DNA of 64,000 nucleotides from Mycobacterium sp. (GTDB lineage: Bacteria > Actinomycetota > Actinomycetes > Mycobacteriales > Mycobacteriaceae), in the NCBI RefSeq assembly GCF_019243155.1, contig NZ_JAFAUS010000375.1, positions 1,023 to 65,022 on the forward strand, in the 5' to 3' direction. The position numbers were made by a program, and so were the translations under genes. The notes beneath the pieces are model-generated. The model did not search any database. It saw only the letters and a program-made list of their open reading frames with translations, and had not been told where the DNA came from. This document shows positions 50,272 to 61,020 of this stretch, piece by piece. How positions within the stretch are numbered: position 1 is the first letter of the stretch; each line of letters starts with the position of its first letter.

Positions 50272-51333
50272 TTAAGGCACCACCGTGGAGCCGATCGTGG
50301 GCATGAACTGGCACTGCTTTTCCTTGGTCGTGACCTGACCGAAGATCGTCGACATGACGCTGCCCGAACCGGTGTCGGCGATCGCGGTCAACGTCGTCGG
50401 ACCGTCCGGGTTCAGGTCGGAGCGCGGCTTGAGTGCCACGGTCCCCGACTTGCCCGTCGTCAGGTTCACCCAGGTGACGTTCAACGGCAGCTTCTGCACC
50501 TCGGCGGGGCCGGGGGTGCCGACCGCGGTGAACACGTAGGCGGTCTGGCCGGCACTCGGACCGGGCACCGGAATCTTTGCCGGCCCGGCCACCGATAGCG
50601 CGGTGGCAATCGAACTACTACCGTCCGCAAGGCAATTGGTGCCGATCGAGGGGTACATGAAGTCCTGCGTGGGCGGGGCGTCAGGGCCGAAACCCGGTGC
50701 GGCCGCCGCGGGGGCGGCCGCGCCCGGCGCCGGTGCCGGTCCTGCGTTCGGCGCCGCGGGTGCGGCCGGCGAGGGCGGCGGCACGGGCGCCGCGACGGGC
50801 ACGTTCGCCGGGGTGGGGGCCGCAGGTGCCGGTGCCGAAACAGGCCCGGCAACAGGCGGTGCGGCAGCGGGCGGCGCGGCGGCCGGCGGACCGGCGGTGG
50901 GTATCGGTCCGGCCGCGCGCGCCGGGTCGACGCCGGTCGGCAGGTGCGCCTGCGCGCCGGGTTCGATGCCCTCCGGCGGGACGTGCGGGCCGTCGGGTAG
51001 TGCGGTGGTGTTCGGGGCCGCGGCCGGCGTGCCCGGTCCCACGAACTGGCTCACCGAGGTGGCCACGTTCTTGGACTCACTCGGCGCGGTCGGGCTGTGC
51101 GCGAATGCCTGGGCGGCGGCCATCAGTAGCTGTGTCGCCTGTGCGGGATTGCCGGCGGCCTGCTGGATGATCGGGCTCAGCTGCGATAGCGCGGGCAGGC
51201 CCGGAAGTTCTTGTGTCGAGTTCGGTTGCGGTGCCGCCGGGTCGGCTGCCGCGCTCGGGCAGAACCCGAACGCGGCAGCCGAAGCCGTGACGACAGCGGC
51301 CAAACCTTTGGACAGATTCCAAGTGGTTGCCAC
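50272..51333 (-). CDS. Ala/Pro-rich exported protein (Rv1157c-like)
   Basis: Signal peptide, Pro/Ala linker and C-terminal QDFMYPSIGTNC...CQFMPT domain. Confidence 0.82.
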   Translation of the reverse strand: MATTWNLSKGLAAVVTASAAAFGFCPSAAADPAAPQPNSTQELPGLPALSQLSPIIQQAAGNPAQATQLLMAAAQAFAHSPTAPSESKNVATSVSQFVGPGTPAAAPNTTALPDGPHVPPEGIEPGAQAHLPTGVDPARAAGPIPTAGPPAAAPPAAAPPVAGPVSAPAPAAPTPANVPVAAPVPPPSPAAPAAPNAGPAPAPGAAAPAAAAPGFGPDAPPTQDFMYPSIGTNCLADGSSSIATALSVAGPAKIPVPGPSAGQTAYVFTAVGTPGPAEVQKLPLNVTWVNLTTGKSGTVALKPRSDLNPDGPTTLTAIADTGSGSVMSTIFGQVTTKEKQCQFMPTIGSTVVP

Positions 51334-51380
51334 GGTGTCCTCCGGTCGTTAGGTAGTGGCTGTGCTGTCTGGTGTGTGGG

Positions 51381-52130
51381 TCAGGGCAGGGCCGCGAGCA
51401 GCGGCGCTACCGGCCCGGCCGGGTTGGGTGCCGCTGCCGCCGGTGCCGCGGGGGCACCCGGAGCCGGCGCCGCGGGAACCTGTCCGGCAAGCGCCGGCAG
51501 GTCCTGCGGAAGCGACATCTGCGCCGGCATGTTGACCGGCAGGCCGGGCAGCAGCGCCGGCATGTCGACCTTCGCCTGCGGGATCGAAGGAGTCGGCGGA
51601 GTGGCCGGTGCTGCCGGTGTCGACAGCCCCGGGATCGCCGGCAGCCCGGGGATCGACGGCGTGGCCGGAGTGGCGGCGGGTGCCGCAGCTGCCGGCTGTG
51701 TCAGGCCCTGGATCAGCCCCGGGATGCCCGTCGCGGCCGGAGCGGCCGGAGCGGCGGGTGTCGCGGGCGACGTCAGCCCGGGAATCGCGGACGTCGGAGC
51801 AGTCGCGGCGGGTGTCGTCGACGACGTCAGCCCCGGAATCGAGGGGATGGCGGCCGGCGACGATGCCGGTGTGGCCGAGGTGGCGGAAGGAACTCCCGGG
51901 AAGGTGATTCCAGGAGCGGCCGGCGCCGACGGCGGCGTGGCGCCGAGTGCGGTAGCGAGGTTTTGCAGGATTTGCGGTGCGTTGGCCGCCGAACTGATCA
52001 GCTGCTGCGGAATGTTCGGCACCGGCGGAGCCGGCACGGGGTCGGCGTGGGCGATTCCGCCCGCCAATAGTGCTGCGGACGAACCGGCCAAGATGGCGGC
52101 TGCACGCATGTAAGTCCAGATGGTTGGCAT
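51381..52130 (-). CDS. Ala/Pro-rich exported protein (Rv1158c-like)
   Basis: MPTIWTY...AHADP signal peptide, NAPQILQNLATALG and IPGL repeats; GGGAG SD. Confidence 0.82.
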   Translation of the reverse strand: MPTIWTYMRAAAILAGSSAALLAGGIAHADPVPAPPVPNIPQQLISSAANAPQILQNLATALGATPPSAPAAPGITFPGVPSATSATPASSPAAIPSIPGLTSSTTPAATAPTSAIPGLTSPATPAAPAAPAATGIPGLIQGLTQPAAAAPAATPATPSIPGLPAIPGLSTPAAPATPPTPSIPQAKVDMPALLPGLPVNMPAQMSLPQDLPALAGQVPAAPAPGAPAAPAAAAPNPAGPVAPLLAALP

Positions 52131-52521
52131 GATTCTCCCTGGTAGTCGATGACTGGTCCCGAGGCCGAAGTTACTTTGATACGGATGGGACTCAAGTGAC
52201 ACGTGTGGCGTTTATTTGATCGTTACTGATACGAGTGAGAGCGGTTATCAGACGGGCGGGTGTTTGCCCGGCGACCACCGGGACGGTCTGGTCGGCCGGA
52301 GAGGTGCCCTGGGAGCGCGACCCGCGTAGCCGACTCTTTTTTACGAGCGGTTCACAAGCCCCGTCCTGTACATGTCGGCTCGGCTCCGAGATAATCAGCC
52401 TGGTGAATTCACGGAAAGTGCAAAGTTAATTTCCGGATGCCGGGGAACCTCGCCTGGCGGCCACGCGTATATAGAAAAGTAAATGCGGTCCGGGGGGGCT
52501 AGCAGAAACGGAAAACCTGCC

Positions 52522-53361
52522 ATGGCAACCAGAGTCACCGCCCAGGCCGGCTCGCTGGTTGCCGCCATCGTGGTGATAACGAGCGCCGCAATTCTGCGCG
52601 GTCCCATCGCGGTAGCCGACCCCCAGGACGACCAGTTTCTTGCACTGCTCGCTAAAAATGACATCCCCGCCCTCGAGGGCGTGCCAAGCCTGATTACGGA
52701 AGCCCACAACGTTTGTCGCGCACTCGATGCCGGCTACACGGTGGATGACGTGGTCAAGGCGATGTTGGACAACGCCTACAGCGCCGACCCGGGCGAGCGC
52801 AATTTCGACAAGGGCCGTCTTATGCGCACCGAATCCCGGTTCATCTCGTCGGCGGTGGGCGCCTACTGCCCGTACGACCAGGGCAAGATCACCTCGATCA
52901 TGTCCAACGCAGTGCCGATACGGAATGACCCGGCGGCCCGGGGGGCCGCATACACGCCTAAATCGTCAGGCGCAGCGCTGGTTTCGCTGACCGGAAAGCT
53001 GCCCGAAATCAGCCCGACGGACCCGCCACAGATTCCGGCACCCAAGCCGCCGGATGCGCAGACGCTGTCACCGCCCGTGCCGATCGCGGCACCGCCTCCA
53101 CCAAGGCAGGTGCCGCGTCAACAACCGCAACAGTCGCCACCGCAGCAGGTGGCGCCGCCGGAGGCGTCAGCGCCCCCACCACCCGAGGCGCCGCCGCCGC
53201 CGCCCGAGGCGCCTCCTCCGCCGCCACCCCCACAGGCTCCGCCGCCACCTCCGCCACCTGAGGCCCCGCCGCCACCTCCGCCGGAGCCACCCAAGCCACC
53301 GCCTCCTCCTCCGCCGCCGCCTCCGTCGTCGCCGCCGGGCTTTGTCCGGCTCGCGCCGTAA
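52522..53361 (+). CDS. DUF732 domain exported protein with a poly-proline tail
   Basis: [14 protein letters not shown]...AHNVCRAL...AVGAYCP; EAPPPP repeats. Confidence 0.8.
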   Translation: MATRVTAQAGSLVAAIVVITSAAILRGPIAVADPQDDQFLALLAKNDIPALEGVPSLITEAHNVCRALDAGYTVDDVVKAMLDNAYSADPGERNFDKGRLMRTESRFISSAVGAYCPYDQGKITSIMSNAVPIRNDPAARGAAYTPKSSGAALVSLTGKLPEISPTDPPQIPAPKPPDAQTLSPPVPIAAPPPPRQVPRQQPQQSPPQQVAPPEASAPPPPEAPPPPPEAPPPPPPPQAPPPPPPPEAPPPPPPEPPKPPPPPPPPPPSSPPGFVRLAP

Positions 53362-53404
53362 CGCGGGCACCGAGGCGTCCCCCCGGATCGCTAAAGTCGG
53401 GCGG

Positions 53405-54622
53405 GTAAACACCACCTCGGCCGCCGCGGCGGCACCCCGAACCCGGCGGCGCGCGAGCCTTCTTCAGGCGGCGCCGGCGCTGCTCATCGTCAGCATCGCG
53501 GCGCGGCTGGGCTGGACATATCTTTCGCCCAGCGGCGCGAACTTTGTCGACCTGCACGTCTACCTCGGCGGCGCCGCGGCCATCGACCATCCCGGCACGC
53601 TGTACAGCTACGTCTACGGCGACAAGACGCCGGACTTCCCGCTGCCGTTCACGTATCCGCCCTTCGCGGCGGTCGTCTTCTACCCGCTGCATCTGTTGCC
53701 CTTCGGCCTGGTCGCATTCGGATGGCAGCTCGCGAGCATGGCCGCGCTCTACGTCGCGATCCGGATCAGCCAGCGGCTGATGGGTGTGCCCGCCGGCCCG
53801 CACGGTCGCCGGCTGGCGATGCTGTGGACGGCGGTGACGATGTGGATCGAGCCGCTGCGCAGCACATTCGACTACGGACAGGTCAACGTGTTGCTGATGG
53901 TGGCCGTGCTGTGGGCGGTCTACACCACCCGGTGGTGGCTGTCGGGGTTGCTGGTCGGCGTGGCGGCCGGCATCAAGCTGACGCCCGCGATCTCGGGTCT
54001 CTACCTGGTCGGCGTGCGGCGCTGGGCCGCGGCGGCGTTCTCGGCGGTGGTGTTCGCCGCCACCGTCGGCGTGTCCGCGCTGGTCGTCGGCGACCAGACG
54101 CGCTTCTACTTCTTCCACCTGCTGGGTGACGCGCACCGCGTGGGCCCGATCGCCACGTCGTTCAATCAGTCGTGGCGGGGCGGCATTTCGCGGATCCTGG
54201 GCCACGACGCCGGGTTCGATCCGCTGGTGTTGGCCGCGATCGCCGCCACCGCGGTGCTGGCCCTGCTGGCCTGGCGAGCCCTGGACGCCAGCGACCGGCT
54301 GGGCAAATTACTGGTGGTCGAGCTGTTCGGCCTGCTGCTCTCGCCGATCTCCTGGACGCACCACTGGGTGTGGCTGGTACCGCTGATGGTCTGGGCGATT
54401 CACGGCCCGTGGCACCGGCTGCCCGGCGCGCGAATCGTCGGCTGGGGCTGGCTGGCGCTCACGATCATAGGGGTTCCGTGGTTGCTGAGCTTCGCCCAGC
54501 CAACCATCTGGCAGATCAGCCGGCCCTGGTATCTGGCCTGGGCCGGGCTGATCTACATCGTCGCGGCGGTGGCGACCCTGGGCTGGATCGCGGTCACCGG
54601 CCGGCGCGAGGGCTCCGATTAG
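53405..54622 (+). CDS. pimE: Alpha-1,2-mannosyltransferase PimE (GT87); start uncertain
   Basis: [26 protein letters not shown] and [11 protein letters not shown]; synteny. Confidence 0.9.
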   Translation, partial: VNTTSAAAAAPRTRRRASLLQAAPALLIVSIAARLGWTYLSPSGANFVDLHVYLGGAAAIDHPGTLYSYVYGDKTPDFPLPFTYPPFAAVVFYPLHLLPFGLVAFGWQLASMAALYVAIRISQRLMGVPAGPHGRRLAMLWTAVTMWIEPLRSTFDYGQVNVLLMVAVLWAVYTTRWWLSGLLVGVAAGIKLTPAISGLYLVGVRRWAAAAFSAVVFAATVGVSALVVGDQTRFYFFHLLGDAHRVGPIATSFNQSWRGGISRILGHDAGFDPLVLAAIAATAVLALLAWRALDASDRLGKLLVVELFGLLLSPISWTHHWVWLVPLMVWAIHGPWHRLPGARIVGWGWLALTIIGVPWLLSFAQPTIWQISRPWYLAWAGLIYIVAAVATLGWIAVTGRREGSD

Positions 54623-54903
54623 CTCCCGACGATCTCGTTGATGTCGTGTGCAATCGATATGTCGTTCTTGGTGATGCCGCCCTCGGAGTGCGTGACTAAA
54701 ACGAAAGTCACTGTCCGCCAACGAATATCGATATCGGGGTGGTGGTCCTTGCTTTCCGCGTGCTCGCCCACCCGGCGCACGGCATCGATGCCGTCGAGGA
54801 ATGTCGGAAATTTGATCGATCGGCGCAGGGCGCCGTCGGCACGCTCCCATCCGTTCAGATCGGGCAGTGCGGCGTCTACTTGCTCATCCGTTAACACAGC
54901 CAT
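54619..54903 (-). CDS. phhB: Pterin-4-alpha-carbinolamine dehydratase
   Basis: [10 protein letters not shown] and THSEGGIT. Confidence 0.9.
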   Translation of the reverse strand: MAVLTDEQVDAALPDLNGWERADGALRRSIKFPTFLDGIDAVRRVGEHAESKDHHPDIDIRWRTVTFVLVTHSEGGITKNDISIAHDINEIVGS

Positions 54904-54908
54904 GCCCC

Positions 54909-54922
54909 GACGGTATACCGTC
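54909..54922. promoter_or_regulatory. Palindromic bidirectional -10 element GACGGTATACCGTC
   Basis: TACCGT on each strand, 6 and 8 nt from the divergent ATGs. Confidence 0.7.
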
Positions 54923-54929
54923 ACTGGCC

Positions 54930-55328
54930 ATGCCGACCCAGATCGTCGTTGCCGGCGCCCTCATCTGCGGCTGCGAGGTCTTGGTGGCGCAACGCGACCG
55001 GCCGCCGGAGCTGGCAGGCCGCTGGGAGCTGCCCGGCGGCAAGGTCGCGCCCGGCGAGACCGAGCCCGACGCGCTGGCCCGCGAGCTCGCCGAGGAACTG
55101 GGCTGCGAGGTCGCGGTGGGCGACCGCCTGGGCGATGACATCGCGCTGAACGACACGACGACGCTGCGCGCGTATCGGGTGCGGCTGATCCGGGGTGAAC
55201 CCCAGCCGCACGACCACCGGGCGCTGCGCTGGGTGACCGGGGCCGAGCTGGCCGATGTCGACTGGGTGCCCGCCGACCGCGGCTGGCTCGATGATCTGGC
55301 GCGGGCGCTGGACGCCGAGGGCTCATAA
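54930..55328 (+). CDS. mutT2: NUDIX hydrolase MutT2
   Basis: [27 protein letters not shown] Nudix box; synteny. Confidence 0.88.
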   Translation: MPTQIVVAGALICGCEVLVAQRDRPPELAGRWELPGGKVAPGETEPDALARELAEELGCEVAVGDRLGDDIALNDTTTLRAYRVRLIRGEPQPHDHRALRWVTGAELADVDWVPADRGWLDDLARALDAEGS

Positions 55329-55664
55329 GGAGTCCACAGATTTCCGGCAGTCAACGTACAGCCGTGTTGCAGGTCGTCCAAGTGAACTGGATATGACAAT
55401 GCGATTTGTAGAAACGACCTGCAACAGCCACGTCACACGCAGATCGGGTCCGCCGAAAGTCCGGTCAGCCGCGACCTGTCCTGGTGCTTCATCCCCCACC
55501 CGGCTCGCGGGCCCCAGAGCCGACGGTTGAGCCGATCCGAGTTGGCATGGGCGGATGGATCACCGGGCTGAGTCCCGTTCGCAACGCAAATGAGCGCAGA
55601 TTGGGGCGCAGCACGTGGCCCAGGTAAGAGGCGCGACGTAGGCGAATAGGAGGAGGAGCACGTC

Positions 55665-58600
55665 TTGACTGTCACACCTCACGTTGGCGGAGCGCTCGAG
55701 GAGCTTCTGGAGCGCAGTGGGCGGTTCTTCACGCCGGGGGAGTTCTCGCCCGATCTGCGCACCGTCACGCGACGCGGGGGCCGCGAGGCCGACGTGTTCT
55801 ACCGCGACCGGTGGAGCCATGACAAGGTGGTCCGCTCCACGCACGGGGTGAACTGCACCGGTTCGTGCTCGTGGAAGATCTACGTCAAAGACGGGATCAT
55901 CACCTGGGAAACGCAACAGACCGACTATCCCTCGGTGGGCCCCGACCGGCCCGAGTACGAGCCGCGCGGGTGTCCGCGCGGCGCGTCGTTCTCCTGGTAC
56001 AGCTACTCGCCGACCCGTGTGCGCTACCCGTATGCCAGGGGCGTGCTGCTCGAGATGTACCGAGAGGCAAAGGCACGGCTGGGCGATCCGGTCTTGGCGT
56101 GGGCCGACATTCAGGCCGATCCCGAGCGCCGTCGGCGCTATCAGCAGGCACGCGGAAAGGGCGGATTGGTCCGGGTCACCTGGGCTGAGGCCACCGAGCT
56201 GATCGCCGCCGCCCACGTGCACACCATCAAGACATACGGTCCCGACCGCGTCGCCGGATTCTCACCGATCCCGGCGATGTCGATGGTGTCGTACACCGCC
56301 GGATCGCGGTTCTTCGAACTGATCGGCGCACCGATGACGTCGTTCTACGACTGGTACGCCGACCTTCCGGTGGCCTCGCCGCAGGTGTTCGGCGACCAGA
56401 CAGACGTGCCCGAATCCGGCGACTGGTGGGACGCGGCGTACCTGATGATGTGGGGCTCCAACGTCCCGATCACCCGTACGCCGGACGCGCACTGGATGGC
56501 CGAGGCGCGTTACCGCGGCACCAAAGTGGTTACCGTCAACCCGGATTACGCCGACAACACCAAATTCGCCGACGAGTGGATGCCGTGCGCTGCCGGTACC
56601 GACGGCGCATTGGCCATGGCGATGGGCCACGTCATCCTCTCGGAATGCTATGTGCGAAAACAGGTTCCGTTCTTCGTCGACTATGCGCGCAGCTACACCG
56701 ACCTGCCGTTCCTGATCAAGCTGGAAGAACGCGGCGACATGCTGGTTCCGGGGAAGAACCTCACGGCCGCGGATTTGGGGGAGCCGGTCGAGAACGCCAC
56801 GCTCAAGCCCGTGGTGCTGGATGAAGCCACGAATTCGGTTGTGGTTCCGCAGGGTTCGCTGGGTTTCCGGTACGGCGAGGACGGCGTCGGAAAGTGGAAC
56901 CTGGACCTCGGTTCGCTGCAGCCCGCACTCAGCGTGACCGATGTGCCGCACAGCGACCGCGACGCCACGCTCGTGCACCTGCCCAGCTTCGATACGGTCG
57001 ACGGCGAAGGCACCACCGTCGCCCGAGGTGTCCCGGTGCGCCGTGTCGGTAAGCACTTGGTGTGCACCGTTTTCGACCTGATGCTCGCGCAGTACGGGGT
57101 GGCGCGGCCGGGATTGCCCGGCGAATGGCCGGCCGGCTACGACGACGCCACCCAGCAGAACACCCCGGCATGGCAGGAACCGATCACCGGAGTGTCGGCC
57201 GCGCAGGCGATCCGGGTGGCTCGGGAATTCGCGCACAGCTCGGAGGAATCGGGCGGGCGGTCCATGATCATCATGGGTGGCGGCATCTGCCATTGGTTCC
57301 ACAGCGACGCGATCTACCGGTCGGTGCTCGCGCTGCTGATGTTGACCGGGTCGATGGGGCGCAACGGCGGTGGCTGGGCGCACTACGTCGGCCAGGAAAA
57401 AGTGCGCCCGCTCACCGGATTTCAGACGATGGCGATGGCAGCCGACTGGGTCCGCCCGCCGCGCCAGGTGCCGGGCGCATCGTACTGGTACGCACACACC
57501 GACCAATGGCGCTACGACGGCTACGGGGCCGACAAGCTCGCCAGCCCGGTGGGCCGGGGCAGGTTTGCGAACAAGCACACGATGGACCTGCTGGCGTCCT
57601 CGGTCGCGATGGGGTGGAGCCCGTACTACCCGCAGTTCGACCGATCCAGTTTGGAGGTCGTCGACGAGGCACAGTCGGCGGGTCGCGACGTCGCCGACTA
57701 CGTCGCCGAGCAGCTCGGTCAACGCAAACTGAAACTCGCCGTCACCGATCCCGACAACCCCGTCAACTGGCCGCGAGTGCTCACCGTGTGGCGCGCCAAC
57801 CTGATCGGCTCGTCCGGCAAGGGCGGGGAGTATTTCCTGCGTCACCTGCTGGGCACCGACTCCAACATCCAGGTGCAGCCGCCAAAGGACGGGGTGAAGC
57901 CCGTCGACGTCACGTGTGCCGGGGACATCCCGGAGGGCAAGCTCGATCTGATGATGTCGATCGACTTCCGGATGACGTCGACGACGCTGGTGTCGGATGT
58001 GGTGCTGCCCGCGGCAACCTGGTATGAGAAGGCCGACATCGCCAGCACGGACATGCACCCCTACGTGCACGCGTTCAGTGCCGCGACCGATCCGCCATGG
58101 GAAACCCGTTCGGATTTCGACGCTTTCGGCGCCGTCGCGCGTGCCTTCAGCGCCATGGCCAAGGAGCATCTCGGCACCCGCCGCGACGTGGTGCTCTCCG
58201 CGCTGCAGCACGACACACCCGACGCGATGGCGTATCCCGATGGCACCGAATCCGATTGGCTGCACACCGGTGCGACGCCGGTCCCGGGACGGACGATGGG
58301 CAAGCTCACCGTGGTCGAGCGCGACTACGGCGCCGTCTACGACAAGTGGCTGACGCTGGGCCCGCTCGTCGAGCAGTTCGGACTGACCACCAAGGGTGTC
58401 ACGGTGCACCCGTTCCGCGAGGTCGAGGAGCTCGCGGCCAAGTTCGGGGTGCTGAAATCCGGTGTGGCAGCTGGGCGTCCGGCCGTCACCACCGCCGCAC
58501 GGATGGCCGACGTGCTGCTGCTGTTGTCCGGGACCACCAACGGCCGGCTCGCCGTCGAGGGCTTCCACGAACTCGAAAAGCGCACGGGTCAGCGGCTGGT

Positions 58601-59357
58601 GCACCTGGCCGAGGGCAGCGAGGACAAGCGGATCAGCTACGCCGACACGCAGGCGCGGCCGGTTCCGGTGGTCACCAGCCCGGAATGGTCGGGCAGCGAA
58701 ACCGGCGGGCGTCGCTATGCGCCGTTCACCATCAACATCGAGAACCTCAAGCCGTTCCATACCCTAACCGGGCGAATGCATTTCTATCTCGCGCACGACT
58801 GGATCGAGGAACTCGGCGAGCACCTGCCAGTGTTCCGGCCGCCGCTCGACATGAAGCGGTTGTTCGGCCAACCCGCGCTCGGGCCGACTGATGACGGAAT
58901 CGGGCTCACCGTGCGGTATCTGACGCCGCACTCGAAGTGGTCGTTCCACTCCACATACCAGGACAATCTGTACATGCTGTCGTTGTCGCGCGGCGGCCCG
59001 ACAATGTGGATGAGCCCGGGCGACGCGGCGAGAATTCAAGTGAAGGACAACGATTGGGTCGAGGCGGTCAATGCCAACGGCATCTACGTGTGCCGCGCGA
59101 TCGTCTCGCACCGGATGCCCGACGGCGTGGTGTTCGTTTACCACGTGCAGGAGCGCACCGTGGACACCCCGCGCACCGAAACCAACAACAAGCGCGGCGG
59201 CAATCACAACGCGCTGACCCGGCTGCGGATCAAGCCCAGCCACCTGGCCGGGGGATACGCACAGCACTCCTTCGCGTTCAACTACCTCGGCCCGACCGGC
59301 AACCAGCGCGACGAGGTGACCGTGGTGCGTCGTCGCAGCCAGGAGGTGCAGTACTGA
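55665..59357 (+). CDS. narG: Respiratory nitrate reductase alpha subunit
   Basis: RSTHGVNCTGSC, PRGCPRG, SFYDWYADLP and TPHSKW. Confidence 0.98.
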   Translation: MTVTPHVGGALEELLERSGRFFTPGEFSPDLRTVTRRGGREADVFYRDRWSHDKVVRSTHGVNCTGSCSWKIYVKDGIITWETQQTDYPSVGPDRPEYEPRGCPRGASFSWYSYSPTRVRYPYARGVLLEMYREAKARLGDPVLAWADIQADPERRRRYQQARGKGGLVRVTWAEATELIAAAHVHTIKTYGPDRVAGFSPIPAMSMVSYTAGSRFFELIGAPMTSFYDWYADLPVASPQVFGDQTDVPESGDWWDAAYLMMWGSNVPITRTPDAHWMAEARYRGTKVVTVNPDYADNTKFADEWMPCAAGTDGALAMAMGHVILSECYVRKQVPFFVDYARSYTDLPFLIKLEERGDMLVPGKNLTAADLGEPVENATLKPVVLDEATNSVVVPQGSLGFRYGEDGVGKWNLDLGSLQPALSVTDVPHSDRDATLVHLPSFDTVDGEGTTVARGVPVRRVGKHLVCTVFDLMLAQYGVARPGLPGEWPAGYDDATQQNTPAWQEPITGVSAAQAIRVAREFAHSSEESGGRSMIIMGGGICHWFHSDAIYRSVLALLMLTGSMGRNGGGWAHYVGQEKVRPLTGFQTMAMAADWVRPPRQVPGASYWYAHTDQWRYDGYGADKLASPVGRGRFANKHTMDLLASSVAMGWSPYYPQFDRSSLEVVDEAQSAGRDVADYVAEQLGQRKLKLAVTDPDNPVNWPRVLTVWRANLIGSSGKGGEYFLRHLLGTDSNIQVQPPKDGVKPVDVTCAGDIPEGKLDLMMSIDFRMTSTTLVSDVVLPAATWYEKADIASTDMHPYVHAFSAATDPPWETRSDFDAFGAVARAFSAMAKEHLGTRRDVVLSALQHDTPDAMAYPDGTESDWLHTGATPVPGRTMGKLTVVERDYGAVYDKWLTLGPLVEQFGLTTKGVTVHPFREVEELAAKFGVLKSGVAAGRPAVTTAARMADVLLLLSGTTNGRLAVEGFHELEKRTGQRLVHLAEGSEDKRISYADTQARPVPVVTSPEWSGSETGGRRYAPFTINIENLKPFHTLTGRMHFYLAHDWIEELGEHLPVFRPPLDMKRLFGQPALGPTDDGIGLTVRYLTPHSKWSFHSTYQDNLYMLSLSRGGPTMWMSPGDAARIQVKDNDWVEAVNANGIYVCRAIVSHRMPDGVVFVYHVQERTVDTPRTETNNKRGGNHNALTRLRIKPSHLAGGYAQHSFAFNYLGPTGNQRDEVTVVRRRSQEVQY

Positions 59358-59391
59358 TGGCCGCCGACACGACGCGCGAGGGGGTTCACCG

Positions 59392-61020
59392 ATGAAGGTC
59401 ATGGCGCAGCTGGCGATGGTGATGAACCTCGACAAATGCATTGGCTGCCACACCTGCTCGGTCACCTGCAAGCAGGCGTGGACCAACCGGCCCGGTACCG
59501 AGTACGTCTGGTTCAACAACGTCGAAACCCGCCCCGGACAAGGCTATCCGCGCACGTATGAAGACCAGGAGCGGTGGCGCGGCGGGTGGATCCGCGACAA
59601 GCGGGGCCGGCTGCGGTTGCGCGACGGCGGCCGCATCCAGAAGCTGCTGCGGATCTTCGCCAATCCGCGGCTGCCCATGATCGACGACTACTACGAGCCG
59701 TGGACCTATGACTACGAGAACCTGACCACGGCACCCGCGGGTGACACGTTCCCGACGGCCGCCCCGAGGAGCCAGCTCAGCGGCAAGCCGATGAAGATCG
59801 AGTGGGGGCCGAACTGGGATGACAACCTGGCCGGCTCAACCGAAATCCTGGCCGGCGACCCGATTTTGAAGAAGGTCAGCGAGGAGGTCAAGCTCTCGCT
59901 CGAAGAGACCTTCATGTTCTACCTGCCCCGCATCTGTGAACACTGCCTCAACCCGTCCTGCGTGGCGTCGTGCCCGTCGGGTGCGATGTACAAGCGCAGT
60001 GAGGACGGCATCGTGCTGGTCGACCAGGACCGCTGCCGCGGCTGGCGGATGTGTGTCTCCGGATGTCCTTACAAGAAGGTGTATTTCAACCACAAGACCG
60101 GCAAAGCCGAGAAGTGCACCCTGTGTTACCCGCGGATGGAGGTCGGCCTGCCGACCATCTGTTCGGAGACGTGTGTGGGGCGGCTGCGGTATCTGGGCCT
60201 GGTCCTCTACGACGTCGACCGGGTGCTGGAGGCCGCGTCGGTGGAGAACGACACGGACCTCTATGACGCACAGCGCCGAATCCTGTTGGACCCAGGCGAT
60301 CCCGAGGTGATCTCTGCCGCCCGGACGGAGGGGATCGCCGATGAATGGATCGAGGCCGCGCAGCGCTCCCCGGTGTACGCGCTGATCAACAAATACAAGG
60401 TGGCGCTGCCGCTGCACCCGGAATACCGGACGATGCCGATGGTTTGGTACATCCCGCCGCTGTCGCCGGTGGTCGACGCGGTCAGCCGCGACGGCCACGA
60501 CGGGGAGAGCCTGGGCAACCTGTTCGGTGCGCTGGACGCGCTGCGGATCCCGATGCAATACCTTGCCGAGCTGTTCACCGCCGGCGACACCGGTGTCGTC
60601 GAAGGCGTGTTGCGCCGGCTGGCGGCGATGCGCTCGTACATGCGCGACATCAACCTCGGCCGCGAGACCCAGCCACAGATACCGCATTCGGTCGGCATGA
60701 CCGAGGAAGACATCTACGAGATGTATCGCCTGCTCGCCATCGCGAAATACGAAGAGCGGTATGTCATTCCGACCGCATTCGCTCCGCGGGCGCACGAGCT
60801 GGACGAGATGGGCTGCTCGCTGGACGGCGACGGCGGCCCCGGCATGTACGAGTCGGATCAAGTCCCCGTGTCCGTGGCGACCTTTCACACGCTCAAGCAG
60901 CGCGGCGGCTCCCCAGAAGAAGAATCCGGCAACGCCAGACCGTCGGGGCGGGTGAACCTGCTCAACTGGGACGGTCGCCGAGTCTCCGCCGGCATGTTTC
61001 CCGAAGAGCACAAGCGATGA
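59392..61020 (+). CDS. narH: Nitrate reductase beta subunit
   Basis: NLDKCIGCHTCSVTCK, CEHCLNPSC and CRGWRMC. Confidence 0.98.
   Translation: MKVMAQLAMVMNLDKCIGCHTCSVTCKQAWTNRPGTEYVWFNNVETRPGQGYPRTYEDQERWRGGWIRDKRGRLRLRDGGRIQKLLRIFANPRLPMIDDYYEPWTYDYENLTTAPAGDTFPTAAPRSQLSGKPMKIEWGPNWDDNLAGSTEILAGDPILKKVSEEVKLSLEETFMFYLPRICEHCLNPSCVASCPSGAMYKRSEDGIVLVDQDRCRGWRMCVSGCPYKKVYFNHKTGKAEKCTLCYPRMEVGLPTICSETCVGRLRYLGLVLYDVDRVLEAASVENDTDLYDAQRRILLDPGDPEVISAARTEGIADEWIEAAQRSPVYALINKYKVALPLHPEYRTMPMVWYIPPLSPVVDAVSRDGHDGESLGNLFGALDALRIPMQYLAELFTAGDTGVVEGVLRRLAAMRSYMRDINLGRETQPQIPHSVGMTEEDIYEMYRLLAIAKYEERYVIPTAFAPRAHELDEMGCSLDGDGGPGMYESDQVPVSVATFHTLKQRGGSPEEESGNARPSGRVNLLNWDGRRVSAGMFPEEHKR

Noticed and set aside
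52190-52260. Possible CRP or MtrA sites upstream of the Rv1158c-like gene
   Set aside because: Only partial GTGA half-sites; no convincing consensus match.
53054-53404. Arg-rich N-terminal extension of the pimE ORF
   Set aside because: Out-of-frame reading of the DUF732 poly-proline tract.
56262-58760. Long antisense ORFs (832 aa opposite narG; also 7592-9106, 17693-19561, 22567-24075, 62713-63996)
   Set aside because: Shadow frames caused by high-GC codon bias opposite well-supported genes; no recognisable motifs.
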